From contig SVRN01000001.1 in NCBI GenBank assembly GCA_015064805.1, forward strand, positions 58,302-122,301: a stretch of 64,000 nt of DNA. Direction: 5' to 3'. How positions within the stretch are numbered: the first letter of the stretch is position 1; each line of letters starts with the position of its first letter. Of the stretch, positions 16,753 through 25,434 are shown piece after piece. This stretch comes from Oscillospiraceae bacterium. GTDB taxonomy: Bacteria > Bacillota > Clostridia > Oscillospirales > CAG-272. The notes below the pieces were generated by a model that saw only the letters and a program-made list of their open reading frames with translations, had not been told where the DNA came from and made no database searches. Position numbers and translations under genes: made by a program.

Positions 16753-17456
16753 TGAAGAATAACGGCAATCTGGCTATTTTGCTCAAGGGTATTCTCAAGG
16801 AAAACCCCGTATTCGTTCTCATTCTCGGTACCTGCCCCACGCTTGCTATGACCAAAAACGTGGGCGACGCCTTCGGTATGGGCCTTGCGGCGCTGGCCGT
16901 TCTGCTTTGCTCCAACGTTCTGGTCTCCTTGCTTCGCAAGGTCATTCCCGATACGGTGCGCATCCCCTGCTATATCGTTATCATCGCAAGCTTCGTTACC
17001 ATCGTTCAGATGATCGTCAAGGCGGAGTTGCCCGAGCTGGATAAAAACCTGGGCGTGTTCTTGCCGCTGATCACGGTCAACTGTATCATTCTCGGCCGCG
17101 CTGAGATGTTTGCAGGTAAGAATTCCGTGGGTAAATCTGCGCTGGATGGTATCGGCATGGGCCTTGGCTTTACGCTGGCACTGGTGCTGATGTCCACCGT
17201 CCGCGAGGTGCTGGGCAACGCTTCCTTTGCAGGCCACGCTATCGCCTTTCTTGAGCCCTACAAGATCAAATTTCTGGTCGAGGCTCCCGGCGGTATGTTG
17301 GTTTACGGTTGCCTGATCGCGCTGGTTTACGTGATCACCAAGGGCAAAGCACCGCTGAAGAAGAGCTTCTCCTGCGCGGGCTGCCCCAATGCGGCCAACT
17401 GTCACACGGCTTGCACCGAGCTTCCTGCCGACTCCGGTGAGAAAGGAGATGCGTGA
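16752..17456 (+). CDS. rnfE: Rnf complex subunit E
   Basis: NPVFVLILGTCPTLA and LPLITVNCIILGRAE are conserved RnfE/NqrD blocks. Confidence 0.9.
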   Translation: MKNNGNLAILLKGILKENPVFVLILGTCPTLAMTKNVGDAFGMGLAALAVLLCSNVLVSLLRKVIPDTVRIPCYIVIIASFVTIVQMIVKAELPELDKNLGVFLPLITVNCIILGRAEMFAGKNSVGKSALDGIGMGLGFTLALVLMSTVREVLGNASFAGHAIAFLEPYKIKFLVEAPGGMLVYGCLIALVYVITKGKAPLKKSFSCAGCPNAANCHTACTELPADSGEKGDA

Positions 17457-17458
17457 AA

Positions 17459-18058
17459 ATGGAACTGTTTGAATCCTTGATCGTCATTCTCTTAGGCTCC
17501 GTACTGGTCAACAACTACGTATTGGCGCAGTTTATGGGCATCTGCCCCTTCCTGGGCGTATCCAAAAAGCTGGACCAGGCTACGGGCATGGGCATTGCCG
17601 TTACGGCCGTGATGCTTCTGGCAACTGCCGTTACCTGGCCCATTCAGTATTTCCTTTTGGACAAGGTCGGCCTTGGCTATATGCAGACCATCGTCTTCAT
17701 TTTGGTCATCGCTTCTCTTGTACAGATGCTTGAGCTTCTGCTCAAAAAATTCTCTCCCGCCCTGCATAAGGGTCTGGGCGTGTATCTCCCCTTGATCACC
17801 ACCAACTGCGCCGTTCTCGGCGTTGCCATCAACAACATCGACGAGGGTTATACCTTCCTTGAATCCATGGTCAACTCGCTGGGCGTCGGTCTCGGCTTCC
17901 TGCTTGCTATGGTGCTGTTCTCGGGTCTTCGCTCCCGCATTGACGAGACCAACGTCCCCAAGCCCTTCCGTGGGCTGGCCGTCACCTTGATCGCCGCGTC
18001 CTTTATCTCGCTGGCCTTTATGGGCTTTGCGGGTATCGTGGATGCGCTGTTCGCGTAA
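17459..18058 (+). CDS. rnfA: Rnf complex subunit A
   Basis: VNNYVLAQFMGICPFLGVS and LPLITTNCAVLG are conserved RnfA/NqrE blocks. The start could be the ATG at 17459 or the GTG at 17453. Confidence 0.88.
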   Translation: MELFESLIVILLGSVLVNNYVLAQFMGICPFLGVSKKLDQATGMGIAVTAVMLLATAVTWPIQYFLLDKVGLGYMQTIVFILVIASLVQMLELLLKKFSPALHKGLGVYLPLITTNCAVLGVAINNIDEGYTFLESMVNSLGVGLGFLLAMVLFSGLRSRIDETNVPKPFRGLAVTLIAASFISLAFMGFAGIVDALFA

Positions 18059-18070
18059 GGAGGTGCCGAT

Positions 18071-18901
18071 ATGATGGATATTTTAATTGCGCTTCTCGTC
18101 GTTGGTGCGGTTGCGCTGGTTGCAGGCGTCCTGCTTGCTCTCATTTCTCACTTTTTCAGCGTTCCTGCGGACGAAAAGGTCAAGGCCGTCCGTGCCTGCC
18201 TGCCCGGTGTTAACTGCGGTGCCTGCGGCTATAAGGGCTGTGACGACTACGCCGTTGCCGTAGCAGAGGGAACGGCGAAGCCCAATCTCTGCGTTCCCGG
18301 TGCGGAATTTACCGCCAAGGAGCTGGGCGAGGTGCTCGGTATCGAGGTTGAAGCTCCTGCCGACGTCGTCGCTTACGTGCATTGCAACGGAAACTGCGAG
18401 GCAACCACCAAAAAGGCGGTCTACGACGGTATTTCTACTTGTAAAGCGGCCGCCATGCTGTACGGCGGTCCCGACGCTTGCCGCTTTGGTTGCGTTGGAC
18501 TTGGCGATTGCGCCGCCGCATGCCCTTCGAATGCGATTTGCATGAAGGACGGCATCGCGCACGTGGACACCAGCCGTTGCATTGGCTGTGGTCTTTGCCA
18601 GACGATCTGCCCCAAGCATATCATCTCGATGGTGCCCCAGGAGACCGAGGCCGTCGTTGCCTGCAGCAACGAGGACAAGGGCGCGGACGCCCGCAAGGTC
18701 TGCAAGAACGCCTGCATTGCCTGCAGAAAGTGCGAAAAGGCTTGTCCGCAGGGTGCGATCAGCATCGTGAATAATCTGGCGAGAATTGATTATGATAAAT
18801 GCGAAGGCTGCGGTATTTGTGACGACGTTTGTCCCACGGGCAGCATGAAGCAGGTCGTTTTCCCCGATCTGACCGAGCAATTTAAGGAATCTGATATATG
18901 A
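18071..18901 (+). CDS. rnfB: Rnf complex subunit B (polyferredoxin)
   Basis: It has an N-terminal anchor, a CxxCGxxGC cluster, and several CxxCxxCxxxCP motifs. An AGGAGG RBS precedes the start. Confidence 0.9.
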   Translation: MMDILIALLVVGAVALVAGVLLALISHFFSVPADEKVKAVRACLPGVNCGACGYKGCDDYAVAVAEGTAKPNLCVPGAEFTAKELGEVLGIEVEAPADVVAYVHCNGNCEATTKKAVYDGISTCKAAAMLYGGPDACRFGCVGLGDCAAACPSNAICMKDGIAHVDTSRCIGCGLCQTICPKHIISMVPQETEAVVACSNEDKGADARKVCKNACIACRKCEKACPQGAISIVNNLARIDYDKCEGCGICDDVCPTGSMKQVVFPDLTEQFKESDI

Positions 18902-19317
18902 ATCAAAACAATCAAGCTATGCCCACCGCCAAAAGCGGTGGGCGTAGATTCCGAAACGACGTAATATTGATTGCCGCCTTGCTTGCCATCGTCGCGCTTG
19001 CAGGGCTGTTCGTTTTTCTTTTCCGACAGCCGGGCGACACGGTCGTCGTGACGATCGACGGTGAGCATTTCGCGACCTATTCGCTGAATGAAAACGTGAC
19101 CGTCCCCATCCACACGGGAGAGGACGGCGAGCAGCTCAACCTCCTGATCATTCAGGACGGTCAGGCCTACGTGCAAAAGGCCAGCTGTCCCGACGGAATT
19201 TGTGCCGCGCACCGACCGATCAAGCGTGAGGGCGAATCTATCGTCTGCCTGCCGCACCGCGTGGTTATCACGGTGCATAGCACGTCCGCGCAGGACGAGC
19301 CTGACATCGTCACCTAA
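18898..19317 (+). CDS. NusG domain II (DUF1312)-containing membrane-anchored protein
   Basis: It has a TM anchor followed by ...SCPDGICAAHRPIKREGESIVCLPHRVVITV, the characteristic CPdxiC...ivClP block. An ATGA overlap joins it to rnfB. Confidence 0.7.
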   Translation: MNQNNQAMPTAKSGGRRFRNDVILIAALLAIVALAGLFVFLFRQPGDTVVVTIDGEHFATYSLNENVTVPIHTGEDGEQLNLLIIQDGQAYVQKASCPDGICAAHRPIKREGESIVCLPHRVVITVHSTSAQDEPDIVT

Positions 19318-19329
19318 GGAGGGCAGGGC

Positions 19330-19833
19330 ATGAAGCATCAAAGCAAAAAGATCGCTTTTTTAGGGCTGTGCGCCGGCGTGGCACTTGTCCTGGCCTACGT
19401 GGAGGCGCTGTTGCCGCCATTGTACGCCGCCGTTCCCGGCATCAAGCTGGGGCTTCCCAATATTGCCATCATTTTTATTCTTTATCGTTTTGGTTTGCGT
19501 GAGGCGGCGGCGGTGTCCTTGATCCGTATCGTGGCTGTGACGCTGCTGTTCGGCAATCCCATGACCTTTGCTTACAGCGTGGCGGGGGCCTTTCTCAGCC
19601 TGCTCGTCATGACGGTCTTGCGCAAGCTGGACTTGTTTTCCATCGTCGGCGTCAGCGTGGCGGGGGCGGTGTTCCATAACGTCGGGCAGATCCTGACGGC
19701 TATGGTTTTGCTGGGCACGGCCGAGCTTGGCTACTACCTGATCGTACTGGCCGTCACGGGCACGATCTCAGGTATTTTGGTCGGCCTTTGCGGCGCGATG
19801 GCAGTCAAGCGTGTTTTTATCAAGAATATATGA
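19330..19833 (+). CDS. Gx transporter family protein (heptaprenyl diphosphate synthase component I-like membrane protein)
   Basis: This is a small five-TM protein with LPNIAIIFILYRFGLREAAAVSLIRI...LLFGN and NVGQIL motifs. An AAGGAGGG RBS precedes the start. Confidence 0.7.
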   Translation: MKHQSKKIAFLGLCAGVALVLAYVEALLPPLYAAVPGIKLGLPNIAIIFILYRFGLREAAAVSLIRIVAVTLLFGNPMTFAYSVAGAFLSLLVMTVLRKLDLFSIVGVSVAGAVFHNVGQILTAMVLLGTAELGYYLIVLAVTGTISGILVGLCGAMAVKRVFIKNI

Positions 19834-19911
19834 AAAAAGTTGGTTAATCTATTGACAAAGTGTCATCTATAGGGTAAAATGAATTACCTAATTACAACAA
19901 AGGAGTAATTT

Positions 19912-20895
19912 ATGAAAAGAATTCTCAGCGTGATTCTCAGTATCATCATGGTGCTTGGCCTTATGGCCTTTGTCAGCTGCGAAAAGAAGCCCGAGACCTT
20001 GAAGTTCGGTCTGGGCGTTTATACCGACGTTTCCAAGGCAAGCAATGCCGATGGCGAGGCCAACGGTCAGGGCAAGGCTGCGATCACCGCAGCGGCTATT
20101 ACCGTTGATGCCGATGGCAAGATCGTTGCCTGCGAGCTGGATACCGCGGACAATACCGTGGCTTACACCGGCGAGGGTAAGGCGATTGCCAACGATTCCT
20201 TCAAGACCAAGTATGAGTTGGGCAAGGGTTACAACATGGTCACCTACGGCGGTGCTACCAAGGAATGGTTCGAGCAGGCGGATGCGTTTGAGGCGCTGGT
20301 CGTCGGCAAGACGCTGGCCGAAATCAAGGCGCTGGTTGCCGAGGGTAACAAGGGCAACAGCGACGTTGTCAGCGCAGGCTGCACGATCATGATCCACGAG
20401 TTCGTGTTTGCCATTGAAAAGGCGTTCAACAATGCCGCCGCATCTAACGTTACTTCTGCGCATACTTTGAAGCTGGGCCTGCACACCGAGCAGACCTGCC
20501 AGGATGCCGACGGTGACAAGAACGGCTCCAACCAGATTGAGACCACCATCGTTGCCGCTGCCGTTGACGCTGACGGTAAGGTCGTTGCCGCTGCCAGCGA
20601 TTGCGTACAGGTGAAGTTCACCTTCGATGCAACGGGCGCTTCCAAGTATGACCTGACCAAGAAGGTTTCCTCCAAGCGTGAGGCAGGTGCCAATTACGGT
20701 ATGGTCAACTACGGTGGCGCTGCCAAGGAGTGGTTTGAGCAGGCGGATGCTTTCAATGCCGCATGCGTTGGCAAGACCGCAAGCGAGATTGCCGCTATGA
20801 TGGGCGCGGACAACTACGGTAACACCGAGCTGCAGAGCGCAGGCTGCACCATTCTGGTCAACGGCTTCGTCAAGGCAGTTTCCAAGCTGAAATAA
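19912..20895 (+). CDS. Lipoprotein made of two tandem ~150-aa repeats, each resembling a divergent FMN-binding domain
   Basis: The signal peptide carries a lipobox (LMAFVSC). Repeat 1 reads ...YNMVTYGGATKEWFEQADAFEALVVGKTLAEI...DVVSAGCTIMIHEFVFAIEKA. Repeat 2 reads ...YGMVNYGGAAKEWFEQADAFNAACVGKTASEI...ELQSAGCTILVNGFVKAVSK. Confidence 0.7.
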   Translation: MKRILSVILSIIMVLGLMAFVSCEKKPETLKFGLGVYTDVSKASNADGEANGQGKAAITAAAITVDADGKIVACELDTADNTVAYTGEGKAIANDSFKTKYELGKGYNMVTYGGATKEWFEQADAFEALVVGKTLAEIKALVAEGNKGNSDVVSAGCTIMIHEFVFAIEKAFNNAAASNVTSAHTLKLGLHTEQTCQDADGDKNGSNQIETTIVAAAVDADGKVVAAASDCVQVKFTFDATGASKYDLTKKVSSKREAGANYGMVNYGGAAKEWFEQADAFNAACVGKTASEIAAMMGADNYGNTELQSAGCTILVNGFVKAVSKLK

Positions 20896-20904
20896 TTGAA
20901 ATGA

Positions 20905-20931
20905 AAAATGGGAGGCTCGCCTCCCATTTTT
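20905..20931 (+). terminator. Rho-independent terminator
   Basis: AAAATGGGAGG ctcg CCTCCCATTTTT. Confidence 0.7.
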
Positions 20932-20938
20932 CAAATGG

Positions 20939-22006
20939 ATGAAACGTATGAAAAAACGATTGTTGGCAGGGCTGTTGGCGCTGGGAATGCTATGGACTCT
21001 CGTGTCGCTGACCGCTTGCGAAAAAAAGCCAAGTAAATATACAGCCTATTCCTTCGACTATTTTGACACCGTGACGACCATCGTCGGGTATGCGAAAAGC
21101 CAAGAGGAATTCGACCGCGTGTCGAGCCAGGTGTTGCGTCAGCTGGAGGAATACCACAAGCTGTTTACCATTTACCATCGCTTTGACGGTATGGAAAACC
21201 TTTGCACCATCAACGAGCTCAAGGATGGCGCGCATCGCACCGTGACGGTGGATCGCCGTATTATCGATATGTTGTTGTACGCCAAGCAGATGTACGTCAA
21301 AACGAACGGCTTGGTGAATATCGCGATGGGAAGCGTGCTGTCCATCTGGCACGACTATCGCGAGGAGGGGATGGACGAGCCGTGGAACGCGAAGCTGCCT
21401 CCTATGGACAAGCTGACCGAGGCGGCCAAGCACACCGACATTGATCTGCTGGTCATTGACGAGCAGATCAACACGGTAACGCTGACCGATCCCGCCATGA
21501 CGTTGGACGTCGGCGCGATCGCCAAAGGGTACGCTGTGGAAATGGTCGCAAGATCGCTGGAGGAGCAGGGCATCACGGGCTACGTCATCAACGTGGGCGG
21601 TAACGTCCGTACCGTTGGAACCAAGGGCGATGGCGACGCGTGGATGGCGGGTATCGAAAACCCATCGGAGGAGGATGAAGAACCGTATCTGGCCTATCTT
21701 TCCCTTGCGGGGGAGTCGCTGGTGACCAGCGGCTCGTATCAGCGCTATTACGTGGTGGACGGCAAGCGGTATCATCATATCATTGACCCTGCGACGCTGA
21801 TGCCCTCGGAAGGTTTTTTGTCCGTTTCGATCGTTTGTCAAAGCTCGGCCGATGGCGACGCTCTCTCGACGGCGCTGTTTTGCATGACGCTTGAGCAGGG
21901 GCGCTCGCTTATTGAGTCGCTCCCCGATACCGAGGCTATGTGGGTGCTGCAGAACGGCACCAGAATCACCTCGAGCGGGTTTGACCAGTATACGACTCAA
22001 CCATAA
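20939..22006 (+). CDS. apbE: FAD:protein FMN transferase (ApbE family) lipoprotein
   Basis: It has a lipobox (LVSLTAC) and the ApbE blocks DVGAIAKGYA and TSGSYQRY...HHIIDP. Confidence 0.85.
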   Translation: MKRMKKRLLAGLLALGMLWTLVSLTACEKKPSKYTAYSFDYFDTVTTIVGYAKSQEEFDRVSSQVLRQLEEYHKLFTIYHRFDGMENLCTINELKDGAHRTVTVDRRIIDMLLYAKQMYVKTNGLVNIAMGSVLSIWHDYREEGMDEPWNAKLPPMDKLTEAAKHTDIDLLVIDEQINTVTLTDPAMTLDVGAIAKGYAVEMVARSLEEQGITGYVINVGGNVRTVGTKGDGDAWMAGIENPSEEDEEPYLAYLSLAGESLVTSGSYQRYYVVDGKRYHHIIDPATLMPSEGFLSVSIVCQSSADGDALSTALFCMTLEQGRSLIESLPDTEAMWVLQNGTRITSSGFDQYTTQP

Positions 22007-22010
22007 GGCA

Positions 22011-22037
22011 AAAAGGACGTCGGCTGACGTCCTTTTT
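22011..22037 (+). terminator. Rho-independent terminator
   Basis: AAAAGGACGTC ggct GACGTCCTTTTT. Confidence 0.7.
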
Positions 22038-22137
22038 GTTATTTCTTGCTGTGGATAAATACAAGCTTGCTCTTGCATATCGGGCGGGAGTGTGGTATAA
22101 TGAAGCCGTAGAATTAACCGAAAGCGAGGACAAGGAT

Positions 22138-23079
22138 ATGTACGCCATCGGCTTTGATATCGGCGGCACCAAATGCGCCGTTTCCGTAGGAGAATTGAAT
22201 CAGGGAAGCATTTGCGTTCTCGGACGCCTGGAGGTTCCGACCACCACACCGCACGAAACGCTGGATGCACTTCTGCCTCAGGCCATTGAATGGAAGAAGC
22301 AATACGGCGCGCTTGCGGCGGGTATCAGCTGTGGCGGACCGCTGGACAGCGCGACGGGCGTGATCGTGTCGCCCCCCAATCTGCCCTTGTGGCACGGCTT
22401 TGCCATCGTGGATTATATCAAAGAAAAGAGCGGCCTTGTTTCGGTGCTGGAAAACGACGCCAACGCCTGTGCGGTGGCCGAGTGGAAATTTGGCGCGGGG
22501 CAGGGTACGCGCAACATGGTCTTCTTTACCTTTGGTACGGGACTTGGCGCGGGATTGATCCTTGACGGCAAGCTGTATAGCGGTACGGGCGGCAACGCGG
22601 GTGAGTTTGGACATATCCGCCTTGCCAAGACGGGCCCCGTGGGCTACGGCAAGGAGGGCTCGTTCGAGGGCTTTTGCAGCGGCGGCGGTATTGCCCGCCT
22701 GGCCGTTATGATGGCCAAGCGCCGCAAGAGCATGCCGAAGTGCATCGCCGATATGGGTGGCTACGAGAGCGTGACCACCAAAAAGCTGGCAGAGGCCGCC
22801 TTCGCGGGCGATCGCTTTGCCAAGCAGGTGTTCCAAAAGAGCGGTGAGATGCTCGGTCGGGGCTTGTCTCTCGTCATCGACATCGTCAATCCCGAGCGGA
22901 TCGTCATCGGCGGCGTGTTTATGCGCTCGGGTGAGCTTCTGATCCCCGCCATGCAGAAGGTCATCGACCGCGAGGCGCTGAGCGACAGCGCGCGCGTGTG
23001 CGAGATCGTACCCGCAAAACTCAGTGAAAACGTTGGCGATATTGCCGCTTTGGCGATCGCAGAAGGAGCTATCGTATGA
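22138..23079 (+). CDS. ROK-family sugar kinase
   Basis: The protein starts MYAIGFDIGGTKCAVSVGE, and has ENDANACAVAEWKFGAG and GEFGHI blocks. The start was moved from the track position (22036) to the ATG at 22138. Confidence 0.8.
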   Translation: MYAIGFDIGGTKCAVSVGELNQGSICVLGRLEVPTTTPHETLDALLPQAIEWKKQYGALAAGISCGGPLDSATGVIVSPPNLPLWHGFAIVDYIKEKSGLVSVLENDANACAVAEWKFGAGQGTRNMVFFTFGTGLGAGLILDGKLYSGTGGNAGEFGHIRLAKTGPVGYGKEGSFEGFCSGGGIARLAVMMAKRRKSMPKCIADMGGYESVTTKKLAEAAFAGDRFAKQVFQKSGEMLGRGLSLVIDIVNPERIVIGGVFMRSGELLIPAMQKVIDREALSDSARVCEIVPAKLSENVGDIAALAIAEGAIV

Positions 23080-23720
23080 AACCATCCACGAACATGATTC
23101 TGAACCAGCTGATCGAGCGCTATCCTTGCCTTGCCAACATCAAAGGCGAGATTGAAGCCGCATATGAGTTGTTGATCACCTGCTTTGAGGCAGGACACCG
23201 CGTCTATCTTTGCGGCAACGGTGGCAGTGCCGCTGACAGCGAGCATATGGCAGGCGAGCTGCTCAAGTGCTTCAAGATCCCCCGCCCGATGCCCGATGAT
23301 TTCAAGGCGAAATTGAGCGCGTACGGTGAGGACGGCGAGATGCTGGCCAATAACCTCGAGGGCGGCTTGCCCGTCGTGTCGCTGACGGGGCACGTGGCTT
23401 TTTCCACGGCCTTCCAGAACGACAATACCCCCGCGCTGGTGTTTGCCCAACAGGTCAACGCCTACGGTCAGGAGGGCGACGTTCTCGTTGCCTTTTCCAC
23501 CTCGGGCAACTCCAAAAACTGCATTTACGCGGCCATTTGCGCCAAGGCGCGCGGCATGAAGGTCATCACGCTGACGGGCGGCGCGGGCGGCAAGCTCGCC
23601 CCCATGTCCGACGTGGCCGTGATCGTTCCCGCCAAGGAGACCTATGCGGTTCAGGAACTGCATCTGCCCGTGTATCATTGCCTGTGCGCCATGCTTGAGG
23701 AGCAGGTGTTTGGAAAATAA
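23076..23720 (+). CDS. SIS-domain protein, phosphoheptose isomerase (GmhA)-like
   Basis: CGNGGSAADSEHMAGEL and FSTSGNSKN blocks are present. An ATGA overlap joins it to the ROK gene. Confidence 0.75.
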   Translation: MKPSTNMILNQLIERYPCLANIKGEIEAAYELLITCFEAGHRVYLCGNGGSAADSEHMAGELLKCFKIPRPMPDDFKAKLSAYGEDGEMLANNLEGGLPVVSLTGHVAFSTAFQNDNTPALVFAQQVNAYGQEGDVLVAFSTSGNSKNCIYAAICAKARGMKVITLTGGAGGKLAPMSDVAVIVPAKETYAVQELHLPVYHCLCAMLEEQVFGK

Positions 23721-23734
23721 GTAAAACGTAAAAG

Positions 23735-23780
23735 AAAGTCCACCGAAGCGTGTGAAAGCGCAAGCGGTGGACTTTTTTTT
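23735..23780 (+). terminator. Terminator hairpin with a T8 tract
   Basis: AAAGTCCACCG ...19 nt... CGGTGGACTTTTTTTT. Confidence 0.6.
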
Positions 23781-24789
23781 ATTTGGATGCGGGGATTTGG
23801 TTCTCCAGTGCCAAAACAAACTCGGTCAGCGCGGCGTCGTATTGCTCGGTGTAGACGACGCGGAGCTTGGAGTGCTCACCGCCCTCGAACCAGACGAGCT
23901 TTTTGTGCTCGGAGGGACAACGGTCGAAAAGCACGGTCGTGCGCGTGGGCAGGGAATATTTGTCTGCCGTGCCGTGGAGCATCAGAAGGGGCCCGCGGTA
24001 GGTGTGGATCACGTCACCGGGGCCGCTTTTGAAATCGTAGCTCGTGCTACGCTTCATGCAGGCGTTGATCATGCCGGCGATAAAGGTCGGTTTTTTCAGC
24101 TCCTTCATGTGCAGATAATAGCTCTCGTAAAAATCGCGGTACATGCCGTCTGCTACGAGGCCGATCAGATAATCGGGACACTCGGGAGAGGTCATGGCGT
24201 ACAGACCGCAGGCAGAGCCGATGCAGACACCGTGCAAAAGGATCGAGCGGACGCCCCGTTCGTCGTGCAGGTGGCGCGCCCAGGCGAGCACGTCGCGATG
24301 CTCTGCGTGACCGAGGGTGACGTACTTGCCCTCGCTCTCGCCGTGTCCGCGCTGGTCGATGCAAAGCACGTTGTAGCCCAGCGATCTGTAGGGCATGGCG
24401 TAGTAATAGGAGTAGGTCAGGCTGTCCGTGCGCCCGGGGATGAAGATCACGGCGCGGTCAAAGCCAAAATCATAGTATTCACCGCACAAGCGGAGGCCGT
24501 CGTTGACGATATGTACGTCGTGCTTACAATCGATATTCTCTTCCATCCAGACGCGACCGTCCGCTACCATTTGAAGAGACAGCGGATCGTCGTGCATGGA
24601 AGTACGCGACCACATGGCCTTGGTGTTGCGCACCAGCGTGCTGCGGTATATGATATAAGCGGTCAGCCAAAGAAGGGGGTAGAGCAGAACCAGATGGACT
24701 GCGACGAAGATCAGCAGGACACGGCCTGCCGTTTCCCAACCCGACAGCGCGGCGGCCGCAAGGCAAGTAAAAGGTGTAGTAAATTGCAT
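23779..24789 (-). CDS. Membrane-anchored alpha/beta hydrolase (lysophospholipase/S33-like)
   Basis: It has an N-terminal TM segment, a QRGHGESEG block and a nucleophile-elbow-like HGVCIGSACG. It is the last gene of the degV-to-hydrolase operon. Confidence 0.7.
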   Translation of the reverse strand: MQFTTPFTCLAAAALSGWETAGRVLLIFVAVHLVLLYPLLWLTAYIIYRSTLVRNTKAMWSRTSMHDDPLSLQMVADGRVWMEENIDCKHDVHIVNDGLRLCGEYYDFGFDRAVIFIPGRTDSLTYSYYYAMPYRSLGYNVLCIDQRGHGESEGKYVTLGHAEHRDVLAWARHLHDERGVRSILLHGVCIGSACGLYAMTSPECPDYLIGLVADGMYRDFYESYYLHMKELKKPTFIAGMINACMKRSTSYDFKSGPGDVIHTYRGPLLMLHGTADKYSLPTRTTVLFDRCPSEHKKLVWFEGGEHSKLRVVYTEQYDAALTEFVLALENQIPASK

Positions 24790-24795
24790 CGTTTG

Positions 24796-25434
24796 TTACT
24801 TTCCTGACTTTTTTTGTTGGAGCTGTTCTTGCAGCTCAAGGCACTTTTGATAGACCTGCGCGTTGAGCGTCATGATCTCCTCTCGGGAGGGATTCTCGCT
24901 CGTGATAGCGTCGCCAAGGTAGATAGGCTCGCCGATGATCAGATGAACGCGCTTGAAGAGGCCGTAGTTGCCGTCGGTAATGACGGGAATGATGGGAACG
25001 TCCGCCCGCAGAGCGATGAGAACGTAGCTTGGCTTGAAGTCGTGCATTCGCCCGTCGGTCGTGATACTTGCCTCGGGATAGATCTGCACCAAGCCGCCCT
25101 TTTCGAGCACCTTGACGCTGTCGTCCATGAAGCGCAGGTCGGTGGCCAGCTTGTCGGACTCGATCCCGCCGAAGAATTTCATGCCCCAAAGAAAGAAGCG
25201 TCCTTGCTTGGTGCCGCGCTGAGGCCAGTAGACCACGTGCAGCTTGCGGAAGGGGAAGAGAAAGAGATTGACCATATAGTCAAACACGCTGAAGTGGTTG
25301 GACACGATCAGCGCGCCGCCGCGGATACGGCGTCCTTGCTTTTTTCGGTTTTCGTAATACGTTTTTCGCTTGAAGAGCATGAGCTGAAAGGGCCAGCCCG
25401 TGATCAGAGCCACCCAACGAAAAAATTCATGCAT
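24796..25434 (-). CDS. Lysophospholipid acyltransferase (PlsC/LPLAT family)
   Basis: It has the HxxxxD motif (SNHFSVFD) and an IYPEAS (FPEG-like) block. Confidence 0.8.
   Translation of the reverse strand: MHEFFRWVALITGWPFQLMLFKRKTYYENRKKQGRRIRGGALIVSNHFSVFDYMVNLFLFPFRKLHVVYWPQRGTKQGRFFLWGMKFFGGIESDKLATDLRFMDDSVKVLEKGGLVQIYPEASITTDGRMHDFKPSYVLIALRADVPIIPVITDGNYGLFKRVHLIIGEPIYLGDAITSENPSREEIMTLNAQVYQKCLELQEQLQQKKSGK

Noticed and set aside
19888-24807. Long antisense ORFs: 19888-20934(-), 20990-22270(-), 22114-23085(-), 22761-23819(-) and 23752-24807(+).
   Set aside because: Each is the mirror of a motif-supported gene (the lipoprotein, ApbE, ROK, SIS and the alpha/beta hydrolase). They are high-GC shadow ORFs.
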